Source: Octopus vulgaris
Lineage: Eukaryota
Direction of reading: 5' to 3'
Assembly: GCA_951406725.2 (NCBI GenBank)
Contig: OX597818.1
Location: 69,874,001 to 69,938,000 of the forward strand
DNA length: 64,000 bases
Below, one piece after another: positions 13,151 through 26,127 of the stretch. The notes below the pieces were generated by a model, which saw only the letters and a program-made list of their open reading frames with translations, ran no database searches and had not been told where the DNA came from. Position 1 is the first letter of the stretch. Each line of letters starts with the position of its first letter. The position numbers and the translations under genes are program-made.

Positions 13151-14315
13151 CTTATTCACGTGCTTATTGTAGTGGTCTTTCAGTTTTTCTAAACCCTGTA
13201 AAAGTGCTTGGAAGGTTGGATCTCCAGCCAGGCCTTGTGCAATACTCCTAAAACCAGGAACTTTTCATCACCACCTTGTACATGCATTTGATGAAAGTTG
13301 ACTCAATAAAACCGGAGGATCACATCAAGACTCAAAATCCGCTTTGGCATGAATGAGTTATGAAGTTGTTTATGTCTGTGCACACATGTGGATGTGTGAC
13401 TGTCTCTGCATCTGCATATTTTTCTGCATATACATGCACATGTGAGAGTGGCCACATGTGAAGATTGAAGGGGCAGAAAAGGATTCAGGAAACGGTGGAA
13501 AAGTCTTTGAAACAAGGACTGAAGTATTTCATATGTAGATAACGGTGAGTATTAAGAGGGTCAACTACGTATAGCCAGAGTAAATTTGGACAATAACTAT
13601 TAAGCTCATATAATGGCCAATAATACATAATTGTGGTGTTGAAGAAGGATTAAAGATAGAAATTGTATTTAGTTGGAAAGTAAGGAAAATAACTGACCTG
13701 AAAACAGTTCAACAGGTAGATGTGTGCATCTAATTTGAAGAGTTTAAAGAGTGAGTAGATGAAGGATTGGAAATGAATGTGAATATCACCTGAATTAATT
13801 AATTAAGTTTTAATTTTATTCAAGGTAAAAACGATATTGTGCAGTTGTAGAAATTAAACAGAAATGGAGAAAATATAGCAAAGAAATATCTTTAAATTTG
13901 CTTAATCTTTCATAAAATGTGTGGCAGGGGGGGGAGGTGTTTGTGTGTGTGTGTTTGTATGTGCGTGTGTTTGTGTGTGCGTGCATGCATGTGTGTGTGT
14001 GTGTAGCAAGGTGACAAAGAAAGAGAGGTGAAGAAAGTAAAGAGAGACTGGAGAAGGGGGGTGTCTTGTAGCAATCAGGTTTTTTAAAGCCAAATATTGA
14101 AAATGGATAAACACCCATTTTTTTTTTTATTGGAAATTAAATAAGAAAATAAATATAATTGTAAGAATGGCTTATGACTTAACACTGGGTGAAACGAAAA
14201 CCATAGACACACAGACAGCATAGCAACCAATAGATCAATTTCTATGTTTCAGTGAGACTAAGTACAAGGAAACATATTGATAAATAACTGTAAACAGATA
14301 CACACACACATGCCA

Positions 14316-14900
14316 ATCACAATCATCTTCCAACATATTGATAAGAAGAAAACCATTAAGTTAGCTTGCTATATCTGGAACTTGAAGACCAACAATAGCC
14401 CAGCACACCATCATTGAACAATTCATGCTATATGATAATGGATCATGGACTTGCAGGCTTTGTATAGCTGAAAGAACTCATATCCATATTAAGTCAAAGA
14501 ACTCCACTAACCTATTGGATTCTAGATTTGAGATTTTCTCTACATGTATACACCTGGATAAGTTTCTATTATCAAACTGGGGGGAAAAAACCACTCACTC
14601 CAGATTAAGGATCCACTCTCACAAACTTTAACCTTTCCCTGTCGAATTATCTGGCCATAATTAATTTCCATTTAAAGGACCAAAGGGATGCAACTTTTAT
14701 CGCCCTTACCTCTGTATTCCTTTACTCATTCCCCTTTTTCATTTGCATTTTTTCTTCGTATTCTTTCTCATTCTTTCTCACTTTTTCTCATGAGCACTCA
14801 TGTTGTATTTTGTTCCTAAATGATTGCCTGATAACATAGAGTATACTTCACAAGGTAATCCAACCATTCTATTATCAGAAACCTGAAACTTACAGTATCT
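14316..14900 (+). mobile_element. Penelope-like element fragment: GIY-YIG endonuclease C-terminal part plus 3' region
   Basis: KLACYIWNLK..CRLCIAER.HI..LLDSRFEIFSTCIHLDKFLLSNW fits the CxLCxxEK..LLNxRxE..CxH pattern; a degenerate ctgataa...gaaa motif follows at 14828-14898. Confidence 0.75.
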
Positions 14901-15137
14901 CACATTTAAATCTTGTGTTTACTAAATTATATTTATCGGTCACTGGATACTGTACTTTCTTTTGATTCCACCAATTATGGAACAGTAAACTATACCTACC
15001 TACCTACCTACATACATACATACATACATACATACATACATACATAATATATATATACATATATATATAATCTTTTTATTAAAACTACATCCTATACAAC
15101 ATGCATTGCACAATATTTTCTTATCTGCTTGACATTA

Positions 15138-15266
<129 letters not shown>

Positions 15267-16399
15267 TGTGTGTGTGAATGTATATATAAACATATTGAGA
15301 GAAGAATTATCCTAAATAGCTGTAAATATTGAGCAATTGTCATGAAGCAGAATGCAAGAGACATCAGTCAGGGAATGAATAAAGAAAACCTGTTATATGA
15401 ATGTTATAGTTAGTGAACTCTTGTTAAAGCTGGAGATGCAATGTTACACATAGTGGGAGACATTGTATGAATTTTCAATAATTCTTGGAAAATTTCTAAG
15501 TTACATTGGAAATTTTAAAAAGCAGTTTAAATAGTCAAAAGTAAAGAGAAAAATAATTATTCATTTCAACTTTGAAATCTGTGCCCAACAGTGTAGTTAC
15601 ATCAGGTAAATATGATGAGTGAAGAGTTAATATGAAGGGATATAAGCAACATTGCCAAATTATTCATGAGGGAGACATAGAAATAGCAAAGTGAACATGA
15701 GGAGGTTTAGGAATGTAACAGATGAAAGATGTAGAAGTGTGAACACATTCAATAGTATGCATGTAAGTGCAAATATCTTGAAATGTCTTGTTGAGTGTGT
15801 GTGTGTGTGTGTGTGTGTGTGTTGAAAGATGGCAGAATTCCTTTATGCCAAAAAAATTCATTAAAGTAAGGTAAGTAGTTGCCAGGAGCCATTTAAGGTA
15901 GACCTTAAAAAATATAGAAATTGAATAAGTATACAAGAAAAATGTAAGTTAGGGTCTGGCCTACTTTTTATCTAAATGCCAAGATTTAAAAGTACATGCA
16001 CGTGGACATAAGCATTCATATATGTATATGAGTATGTATATACATTCATATACACATATGCTTATATGTGTATCTATGTATATAATGTGTGTGTGCATAC
16101 ATTTATATGAAATTGTACCTACATTCAAGTATACCTGTACAAACGAATATAAATATATGTATGCATACACATACATACACACACATATCTACATATGTCT
16201 GTGCATATACATATATGTATATATGCATTATATATATGTGTGTATATATGTATGTATATGTTTATATATATATATATATATATATTCAAAATGTGACCGC
16301 ATGTGTACTGTTGGCGATTTTTTTTTCCTCTGTCATCCCTTCTCTGGGTCTTTCCTTCTCCTATGTTTCCGACGATGATGATGATTATTATTAATAGAA

Positions 16400-16705
16400 T
16401 TATAGTATCTTCTATTATGGTGTCGGTTCTTATGATCAGTGGGGTTGTTCATGGGAGGGTGTCAATGTTTAATTTCGCAATATTTGGAAAACATTTACCT
16501 ACTTTATTTTTAAATATTGTTTCCTTAATATAATATATCTTCCTATTGAATTCACTTTCCTTCAATGCTGTATTATAAAAGGGTGCAAAATTATTAAAAA
16601 TCTTTCAGCTTGCAGATAAGTTAGAGATTCTTATCAACACACCTTTGATTTTCCCATTAATAAGACTTTGGGGATAATTTGATAAGGTATGGATATACTT
16701 AAAGG
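16400..16705 (-). mobile_element. Penelope-like RT C-terminal (thumb) fragment
   Basis: Minus translation KYIHTLSNYPQSLINGKIKGVLIRISNLSAS*KIFNNFAPFYNTALKESEF matches YIH..SNHP..RIS.LS..F..P.Y..AL..SG. Confidence 0.7.
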
Positions 16706-16733
16706 TGGATATATATATATATATATATATATA

Positions 16734-17299
16734 TCGGGTTGTCCGGACAGTTCGTACCAATTTATAGTAGCTTACATTTTGACTTATTTTAGAACATGGT
16801 TGAGTCCATAAAAAAGGATTTGACTACACCTCCATTTAGAACACAGTTTAAGCTATCTTTTCGTGGAAGAAGGTTTATGTTCCTATAACCTGTGTTAATT
16901 CTGTAACCCTTTAAAATGGAAGATAAGAAAGTTCCTTTTCAGTACTTGATGCTTTGGGAACCAGACAAAAATTGGTGCAGCTTGGCTAGGATGTGTTACT
17001 TCACCCTCCATATTCACCAGATATTGCTCCTTCGGATTTCCACTTATTCAGGTCTCTGCAGAATAGTCTTAATGGTAAAAATTTCAATTCCTTGGATGAC
17101 ATAAAAAGATACCTTGATGAATTCTTTGCCATGAAACCACCTCAATTCTGGGAAGAGGGTATTTTCAAGTTAAAGGAAAGATGGAGACGCATTGTGCAAC
17201 AAAATGGTTCATATTTGGTTGTTTAAAAATGTAATGGCAAGTATTTATTGACCTTTTTCTTTCCTTTAAAAATCGGCATGATCTTTCCGGACAACCCAA
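16734..17299 (+). mobile_element. Internally deleted mariner transposon with both TIRs and TA target duplication
   Basis: TIRs tcgggttgtccggacagttcgtaccaattt / aaatcggcatgatctttccggacaacccaa flanked by TA; transposase start MEDKKV joined to C-terminal HPPYSPDIAPSDFHLFRSLQ. Confidence 0.93.
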
Positions 17300-17573
17300 T
17301 ATATTCGATTAGATGTGTTAATTTCATGAAGGGATGGTTTTATCCGAGTAAACATTGGTTCAATGCCTAGTATTTGGGGAGAATTCATTTCCTTAAGATA
17401 ATAGGTGTATATATAAAAACATATAGTTTATATTCATATAAAAGGAGCAAAACAAAATGGAGATTAGGAAGTTAATGATTGTTTATTATTAACAGCAAAT
17501 TAATCATCTTCACAATTATTAACTTCCCAATCTCTATTTTCTTTTTCTTCTTTTATATATATATATATATATA

Positions 17574-18600
17574 TCATCATCATCATCATCATCATCATTA
17601 TCATTTAATGTCCGCTTTCTATACTGACATGGGTTGGATGGTTTAAGTGAGGACTGGCCAGCCAGGAGGATGCACCATGTTCCAATCTGATCTGGCATGG
17701 TTTCTACAGCTGGATGCCCTTCCTAATGCCAACAACACTGAGAGTATGCCAGATGCTTTTTACGTGCCACTGGCACAGGGACTAGTCAGGCGGCCCTGGC
17801 ATCGACCATGCTCGAATGCTGCTTTTTACATGCCACGGGCACAGGGACTAGTCAGGCGGCCCTGGCATCAGCCATGACTACGATTTCACTTGACTCAACA
17901 GGTCTTTTCAAGTACAGCATATTGCCCGACAATCAAAGGGTGCTTTTAAATGGGTCGGTTATGCAACACTGCTATGATCTCACTTGGCTTGCTTGGTCCT
18001 CTGAAGCACACCATCTTTCCAATGGTCTCGGTCACTTGTCATTGGCCATGTGAGACCCATTGTTCAAAGGTCATGCTTCACCACCTCATCGCATGTCTTC
18101 CTGGGTCTTCCACACGTTCCCACCATTGTTAGGGTGTGACACTTCTTCACACAACTGTCCTCATCCATATGCAACACATGACCATACCAGTGCAATCGTC
18201 TCACTTGCACACCACATCTGATGCTTCTAATGTCCAACTTTTCTCTCAGGGCACTTACACTCTGTCGTGTATGCACACTGACATCCATCGCAGCATACTA
18301 GCTTCATTTCTTTCAAGCCTCCTACACATATCTTCAGCAGTCACAGGTCATGTAGCATGGCTGTTCGCACACAAGCATCAAACAGTTTAGTTTTCACTCT
18401 GAGCAAGAGGTCCTTTGTTACCAGCAGAGGTAGGAACTCTCTGAACTTTGCCCAGGCTATTCTTATTATAGCAGCTATGCTCTCTGAGCATCCACCACCA
18501 CTACTGACTTGGTCACCTAGGTAACAGAAGATATCAACTACTTCTACTTTTCCTCCTAGTATGTGATAGAATCTGTTTTCTGTACATCTTTGGAATTTAT
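17574..18600 (-). mobile_element. 5'-truncated RTE-like LINE
   Basis: ORF 18064..18288 (RRLHWYGHVLHM..GRPRKT) homologous to 12201..12554, plus shared 3' UTR and tail. Confidence 0.9.
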
Positions 18601-18641
18601 TGTCCTTCTGAGAAATCGGTGCTTCTTTATGGTGCTGTCAT

Positions 18642-18674
<33 letters not shown>

Positions 18675-18727
18675 ATTTTCAACTATGTGTAGTACATACA
18701 AGCATGCACACCCCACACATATTTGTA

Positions 18728-18760
<33 letters not shown>

Positions 18761-18824
18761 GTGTAAATATAGATATATATAAATGCATATATATATATAT
18801 ATATATAGATATATAGATATATAA

Positions 18825-18872
<48 letters not shown>

Positions 18873-18961
18873 AATAATAAGGGTAAAAAATTGAATATTA
18901 ATTTGATTAATATCAATTTAAAACCAGTGGTCTAACATATAGAAAAATTATATTACATATA

Positions 18962-19163
18962 TATAAGAAGGATGACCACTGAGTGGACAACCATTATGCT
19001 AGAAGTCGACCCCCTATGGTCTTACCACTAAAGAAATGAATGTTCTCAAGAAAATTTAGCAAACGCCAGAATGTAAGCGAGCAAGACAAATGAAAATATA
19101 CAAGACCTTAGTGGATCGACTTCTAGCATAATGGTTGTCCACTTAGTGGTCATCCCTCTTATA
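18962..19163. repeat. ~60-bp inverted repeat with ~80-bp spacer inside (TA)n
   Basis: ggatgaccactgagtggacaaccattatgctagaagtcga / tcgacttctagcataatggttgtccacttagtggtcatcc. Confidence 0.9.
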
Positions 19164-19190
19164 TGTATATATATATACACACACACACGC

Positions 19191-19221
<31 letters not shown>

Positions 19222-19227
19222 TACATT

Positions 19228-19259
<32 letters not shown>

Positions 19260-20188
19260 GTAAAATTCGTCAGTGTAGTATATATTCTTTCATATCACAT
19301 TCCATCACAAAGAGTCGTGATGTTTTTTGCTATTGAATTCCATCTCCCTTGAACAATTCTTTCTTTTAGACATTGCTGTGTTGACAAAACCTATGTACAC
19401 TTCAGTGTTGTATCAAACTCTGAGACACTGGTATTTCGAAATGAATGTGCCTTCTAAGTTCAAAGACGTCAGCTGAATCTCTGTAGCAAAGCAAGAACAG
19501 AATTAAGTTTTGTAATTCAGTTTGCGATAGAGTATAATAAATTCGTACAAGGATAGAAAGACTTCAGCATAATTAGTTTAAACTATGGGGACACAGAATA
19601 GCAAACTGAAAGATACACATTAAAATAAATGTCAGTATATACGTGTAGGTGTATGTGTGTGTGTGTGTGTGTGCATTGATTCAAAATTGATAGCTTGTAA
19701 AATTAATAACTGCTTTGATCATTTCGCTCTACTGCTTCTGTAAAGAATTTTCCTTGTAGAATTAGTTTATTCTAAGATAACACACACACACACACACATA
19801 TATTTGTTTATTTATCATTTATTTATATTATTGATTTGCTTAGTCCCAGATCAGATCTGCTAGCACAGACTTACAATTACAAATAGTTCTAGACATGACC
19901 ATCCTGCCTTTTATTCAGATACAGAATATTGAAGATCCCATCTCTTCTCTTTTGAAATCCGTAAAATGTGATTTTAGAAAGATTTGGTTGCTATTCCCAG
20001 CAAATCAAGTGACCATGTAAAACCCTCCTTGTTGGCTATATTGAATGAAATTGATCGAATTAGAATCAGAGACTGAAGTAATACTCAATGCTAAATTCTA
20101 AGCAAAATTCTCTGGTCACCTGTTACAAAATGAAATTGTTGGTCTTCTAAGTTAGTCAGTCTCAGATTAAATCTATTTTCCAACTTAC

Positions 20189-20264
20189 CTGTGTTCCAGT
20201 TAGTCTTTGCAATCGACGACCTTCTGTGTCACTTCTTCTTTGTTGAAAAGATAAATTATTTCAC
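20189..20264 (-). other. Candidate exon of an unidentified gene
   Basis: Acceptor ccattcgtag, donor CAG|gtaagt; following 69-nt intron (20120-20188) has branch tgactaac and ends ttcattttgtaacag. One frame reads (G)EIIYLFNKEEVTQKVVDCKD*. Confidence 0.4.
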
Positions 20265-20948
20265 CTACGAATGGTAACTTAGTTGGTATATAATATTAAC
20301 AGCCAAATCTCCCTCGCTGTATAACTGCAGACTGCTAAAACTATCGCTTCAAGCTAAACATTTCAGACCACATTTAAAAGAATTTTACCCAGTTAATTGA
20401 CAACATTTCACACATCAATACATGACAATCTTGGAATCAGAGACCTGTTATTTCTTCACTTAGTCTGTTGTACATCTACCATCGTCACTTTGATTTTTCT
20501 GTGCTGCATAAGAATTTTGATTTGCAGTCACCAACAGCTTTGCTAAACATGGGTCGAGTATACTGTACCATAATTTCAGATTATATTTTGTGACTAAAAT
20601 CTCATAAATGGAAAGTGAGTAGAACTGAGAATATGTATCTATGTACATACACACACATGCACACACACACATACACACACTCACACACACACATGCACAT
20701 ACACACACACGCGTGCGCGCACACATGCATGTATATATATTCTAAATAGCGGTTATTATTTTGAAACGAGTTAAAGTATAGCAAAGAAACATTTACTGAT
20801 GAAGAGGATTCCACAGTTATAAAATGTGAGTTGACAGGAACTTTAGGTTTTGTTTGTCCGCGTATTTCAACCAGTCACAGACGAAACTTTAAATCCCAAT
20901 CAACATGAATTCTATAATATATACATACATACATCTATATATATATAT

Positions 20949-20979
<31 letters not shown>

Positions 20980-21504
20980 AAGGACATAAGAGGTAATGGT
21001 GTCAGTAAGACCCAAAGGTTTCAGGTAATGCTGAGTAAGTGCTATGGACAGACCATAGTTTAGTTCCAGATTCGGTAATTATACAAATAAGGCGTCCGAC
21101 GCAGGTCATATATCAGTGTGTGTATATATAAAAAAATTTTTTCAGAATGAGATAAAAAAACCAAGGCAGTGAAGATTTAAGAATATTTATAAATAGGTCT
21201 CACAGCTGTTTCCAGGATATTTATTATATCCCTTGTATACATATAATTGTTTATCCATTATATAATCCTTACCTGTAATAAGTGCTTGTATTAGCAAGGA
21301 AGCAATAACATGAGATGTATTGGTATCTAGAGGACCCAAGGTGGCAGGCAAGGCTATGTAAGTGCTACTGGAGGATCGTAGTTAGACTCTTGATTCAATA
21401 TGAGGGAGGAGTCTAATGCGGCTCTTGTGCAAGCATGTATATGTTTAATAAAACGAGGCAACAAAACCAAGGCTGTGTGGAGTTTAATTATAAAGAGAAA
21501 GGTA

Positions 21505-21552
21505 GTCTTACAGCTGTTTCTGGGATATTAGGGATATCCCTTCATCAGAGAC
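21505..21552 (-). ncRNA. Minimal type I hammerhead ribozyme motif (canonical core)
   Basis: Minus strand: gtct-CTGATGA-agggatatccctaatatccca-GAAA-cagctg-TA-agac; stem I gtct/agac, stem II gggatat/atatccc, palindromic stem III. Confidence 0.8.
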
Positions 21553-21689
21553 GATAGGAGAGAGTTAACTAGAGGGAAATAGTAGAGTTTAGTATAAGGA
21601 GTTACTTTGGATAAGGATGGATATAGGAAGTATAAAGGGCAATAAGAGAATAAAAATAAAAGTAAAAATATATGTAGGATGTTGGAGGG

Positions 21690-23131
21690 AAAAATATACA
21701 CTATAAAGGATTATATGTTGATCTCTTTGTTCCTACCAGCAGACTAAATATATGGAGTGGAGTTATTTTATTTTTATTTCTGTATGTGTGAGTGGGTTAA
21801 TGGATTGATTTGAATATAATAAGAAATAGAGTAAAATAGATAAGGTAGAATAAAGTAAAATAATATAAAAAGCAAAATACAATAAAAATAAACAGTATGA
21901 AAATATAAAATAAATAAGATAACTCAAAGTAGAAAAAATAAAATAAAATAGAATAGAATATACACATATAAAAATACATACATAACACACATACACACTT
22001 ATAGGTAAAAAATGAAATTAACATACAGCCTCTCTGTAGTAATCAGTAACCATTGGTTGGAGAAATTTGAATTAATTTACATGAGGTTAAGTGTTTCAGA
22101 AAATATCTAATCTTAACAGTTTCTCAATATATGCATGTGTGTGGAATTATATGGTAATAAAAGACTCACAGTAATAATCGCATGCATATATATATATACA
22201 CACACACACTCATACACAAAAGCACACATATATATATGTATACATATATCTATATACATACGCATGTATACATACATATGCACATATATAAATGTGTTAA
22301 GGAGCACTCTGTCGGTTATGACAATGAGGGTCCCAGCTGATACGATCAACGGAACAACCTACACGTGAAACTAATATGCAAGTGGCTGAGCACTCCACAG
22401 ACACGCGCACCATTAATGTAAATCTCAGGCAGATTCAGCATGACAGAGAGTGTGACAAGACTGGCCCTTTGAAATGCAGGTACAACTCAATTTTGCCAGC
22501 TGAGTGGACTGGAGCAATGTGAAATAGTCTTGCTCAAGGACACAACACCGGGAATTGAAATCACAACCTTTCGATCGTGAGCCAAATGCCCCTAACCACT
22601 AAGCCACTCACCCTCACTCTAAATGTACCTAAATGCACAGATACACAAATACATGCATATAACTACACACAAAAGGCATACAATCACACACATATATACG
22701 CATCATAACCTTCAATTCGATAGCATTTGTTTATACTTTAGTGTAATTCAACTGATGCTTCTATTAAATACATGTATGTATATGTATGTATGCACTTTTT
22801 TTACATATATTCTTATATATGTATGTTTGTACATATTTATCTATATATGTATATTCTATCTCGTTTTATTTTTGTTCTACTTTCATTAATTTATCTTATT
22901 TTTATTCTTATCTTATTTATTTTATATTTTTATACCTTTTATTTTATTTGTATTTTACTTTCTATGTTTTATTTTATTCTACCTTATTTATTTTACTCTA
23001 TTTCTTATTATATTCAAATCAATCCATTAACCCACTCACACAAAAAGAAATAAAAATAAAATAACTCCACTCCATATATTTAGTCTGCTGGTAAGAACAA
23101 AGAGATCAACATATAATCCTTTATAGTGTAT
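21690..23131. repeat. Inverted duplication: arms ~21690-21990 and ~22830-23131
   Basis: atacactataaaggattatatgttgatctctttgttc..gagtgggttaatggattgatttgaatata mirrored at ~23010-23131; mirror ORFs 21763..21996(-) and 22786..23064(+). Confidence 0.92.
22302..22612 (-). mobile_element. tRNA-derived SINE family C (CORE-like tgtgtccttgagcaagac)
   Basis: A/B box head on minus strand; tail shared with 37575-37760 and 55075-55249. Confidence 0.85.
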
Positions 23132-23137
23132 GTCTTT

Positions 23138-23234
23138 TTCTCTGACGATATTTTGCTCATATCTTATAAATGCAAATTCAAAGCATAAATTTGTAATTTA
23201 TTTAATGAGCACAAATGGAAACAGCTGTTGGAAG
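23138..23234 (+). ncRNA. Type I hammerhead-like motif with long stem II
   Basis: ttct-CTGACGA-tattttgctcat...atgagcacaaatg-GAAA-cagctg-TT-ggaa. Confidence 0.6.
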
Positions 23235-23305
23235 TAAGAATCATCAATTTATTAATTATTAACTTTCAACTCTCCATTTTCTTTTCTTCTATTAATTGAA
23301 TACAG

Positions 23306-23361
<56 letters not shown>

Positions 23362-23460
23362 AATGTAGGATAAAACTTTTTTCGAAAAAAGTTCTTTTCC
23401 CCAAAAAATGTTATCAATGGCCAGCATATTAAAAAATACCTTTAAAGGTTAAATTTATAA

Positions 23461-23714
23461 ACAATTCATAGATAAGGGCAAACAAAAAAATTTCTAATGC
23501 CAAATATGCCGAAATTTGGACATATTGTCCATTAACCATATAATGTTTTCACAATACGCACGCTACTCGAAGAAAGGTGGACAGAAATTTCTGTCCACCT
23601 TTCTTCGAGTAGCGTGCGTATTGTGAAAACATTATATGGTTAATGGACAATATGTCCAAATTTCGGCATATTTGGCATTAGAAATTTTTTTGTTTGCCCT
23701 TATCTATGAATTGT
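23461..23714. repeat. Perfect 254-bp palindrome (127-bp arms, no spacer)
   Basis: Checked base by base; centre acagaaa|tttctgt between 23587 and 23588. Confidence 0.97.
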
Positions 23715-24151
23715 ATATATATATATATATACACATACATGCACACATACAAAATAAGGGTTTTAGTTCACAGGTGATCTAAACAACTAGGTATGCTGGG
23801 TAAGTGCTGTAATAGATTACAAGGGTTCCAAGGCCATGGCTAAGACAGGAGTTAAAAAACCATTGTAGATTTCTAATATAGCTGATATATAATTGTTAAA
23901 GAGGACAACAAAAGCTAAGGCAAGACAAACATCTCATGTCATATACATTATTATTATTGGAAAACTTCAATGTCTTACAGCTGTTTCTGAGATATGTATA
24001 TATGTATATATGTATGTATGTGTGTATGTATGTATGTATGTATGTGTGTGTGTGTGTGCTGGAGTGTGTATGTATGAGTGTATATAGATTTTGAGCTGTA
24101 TGGAAGGTCATCAGGAAGAGAGTGCTTGCTGAGGAGCTCAGATAGAAACTG

Positions 24152-24557
24152 ATCATCATCATCCTCATTTAACGTCCACTTTTCATGCTTGCATGGGTTG
24201 GACGGTTTGACTGAGGACTGGCAAACCAGACGGCTGCACCAGGCTCCAATCTTGATGTGGCAGAGTTTCTACAGCTGGATGCCCTTCCTAACGCCAACCA
24301 CTCCAAGAGTGTAGTGGGTGCTTTTACATGCCACCAGCACGAAGGCCAGTCAGGCGGTACTGGCAACGGCCATGCTCAAATGGTGTTTTTTATGTGCCAC
24401 CTGCACAGGAGCTAGTGCAGTGCCACTGGCAACGACCTCGCTCAAATGTTTTTTCATGTGCCACCAGCATAACTGCCAGTAAGGCGACGCTGGTAACAAT
24501 CACACTTGAATGGTGCTATTTATGTGCCACTGGCATGGAAGCCAGTCAGCTGCTCTG
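24152..24557 (-). mobile_element. RTE-like LINE 3' UTR fragment
   Basis: Reverse complement of the 12810-13150 region. Confidence 0.85.
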
Positions 24558-24589
24558 GAAATATATATGTAGACAGATAGACAGACATA

Positions 24590-24590
24590 C

Positions 24591-24673
<83 letters not shown>
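24590..24673. repeat. (GATA)n microsatellite
   Basis: Direct reading. Confidence 0.98.
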
Positions 24674-24675
<2 letters not shown>

Positions 24676-24682
24676 CTGATAT

Positions 24683-25197
24683 ACATAGGAGTGGATGTGT
24701 AGTAAGTAGCTTGCTTACCAACCACATGGTTCTGGATTCAGTCCAACTGTGTGGCACCTTGCAAGTATCTTCTGGTATAGCCTCAGGCTGACCAAAACCT
24801 TTTGAGTTGATCTGGCAGACGGAAACTGAAAGAAGCCCGTCGTATATATGTATATATGTATGTATATATATATATAGATATAGATATGAGTGTGTATGTA
24901 TGTATGTATATCTGTATATATGCATGTATATATATATATGCATTTATATATATAAATTAACAGAATGAGATAAAAATCCAAGCCTGTGAATAGTTTTCAG
25001 AACATTTATAAAGAGGTCTTACAGCTGTTTCCAGGATATTTTGTAAATCCCTTCACGGAGACGGTGTGAGAAAATATTTAAGTTATAGTTATTATAAGGA
25101 AGACATGAACTGCAGAGTGAAGTGGAGTCATGAAAACAGCCGTGATACATTAGGATGTTGTATTTGCAGTTCCATTATTTAAGCAGAATGGTGTATA

Positions 25198-25237
<40 letters not shown>

Positions 25238-25465
25238 TGTGTGTGAGCGTATGTTTGTGTGTCTATGTTTATTTCCACCGTTATCGCTTGACAACCGGTG
25301 TTGGCATGCTTACGTCCCCACAACTTAGCGGTTCAACAAAAGAGGCCGATAGAATAAGTACTAGGCTTACAAGGGATAAGTCCTTGGATCGGTTTATTCG
25401 GCTAAAAAGGTGGTGCTCCAGCATGGCCCCAGTCAAATGACTGAAACAAATAAAAAATAAAAGAA
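24683..25465 (+). mobile_element. SINE family B, head (24683-24845) and tail (25250-25465) separated by microsatellite and a hammerhead-bearing repeat
   Basis: Both halves match the contiguous copy at 55338-55729. Confidence 0.75.
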
Positions 25466-25565
25466 TATGCATATATATATATATAATTGTTAAAGAGGAC
25501 AACAAATGTTAAAGCAAGACAAACATCTCAAGTTATGTACGTTATTATTATTGGAAAAATTCAAA

Positions 25566-25621
25566 GTCTTACAGCTGTTTCTGAGATATCCCATAGTATG
25601 GGATATTCCATCATCGGAGAC
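25566..25621 (-). ncRNA. Minimal type I hammerhead motif, CCGAUGA core variant
   Basis: Minus strand: gtct-CCGATGA-tggaatatcccatactatgggatatctca-GAAA-cagctg-TA-agac. Confidence 0.65.
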
Positions 25622-26127
25622 AAATAGGGAAAGTGTGAAGGGTATAGCTTATTCAAATGATGACGTAGGGGGCAGGAGAAAAGGAAATGAAGAAAAAGAA
25701 GCATAAAACTTCACAGTTCAACTTTCTGATAGTGTAGATGTTAGTCCATAAGTGAGACCCCCTGTAAATCCATGTATGGTTATAGCCTCAGTTGTATAAA
25801 ATAGTGTAAATATCCAGAGATAAACGCGAACGTATCGAAGTTTTGTAAGAGAATGGTAGCGGAGATGGCTATTAATATAAAACATACATGCATGCGTACA
25901 TGCATACATACATACATACATACATACATACATACATACATACATACATACATACATACATACATACATACAAAAACATCCTGTTGTTCATGTTGAAATT
26001 CCAGTGAAGGAACCTTGGATCTAGGTGAGAAACCGATTCTTTCTCTATTGGCAAGAAATCTTGAAATAAACTGATTAATAACATACATACATAAATACAT
26101 ACATAAATACATACATACATACATGCA

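Noticed and set aside
20750-20831. Plus-strand exon ending at gtgagt
   Set aside because: All three frames from the nearest acceptor contain stops.
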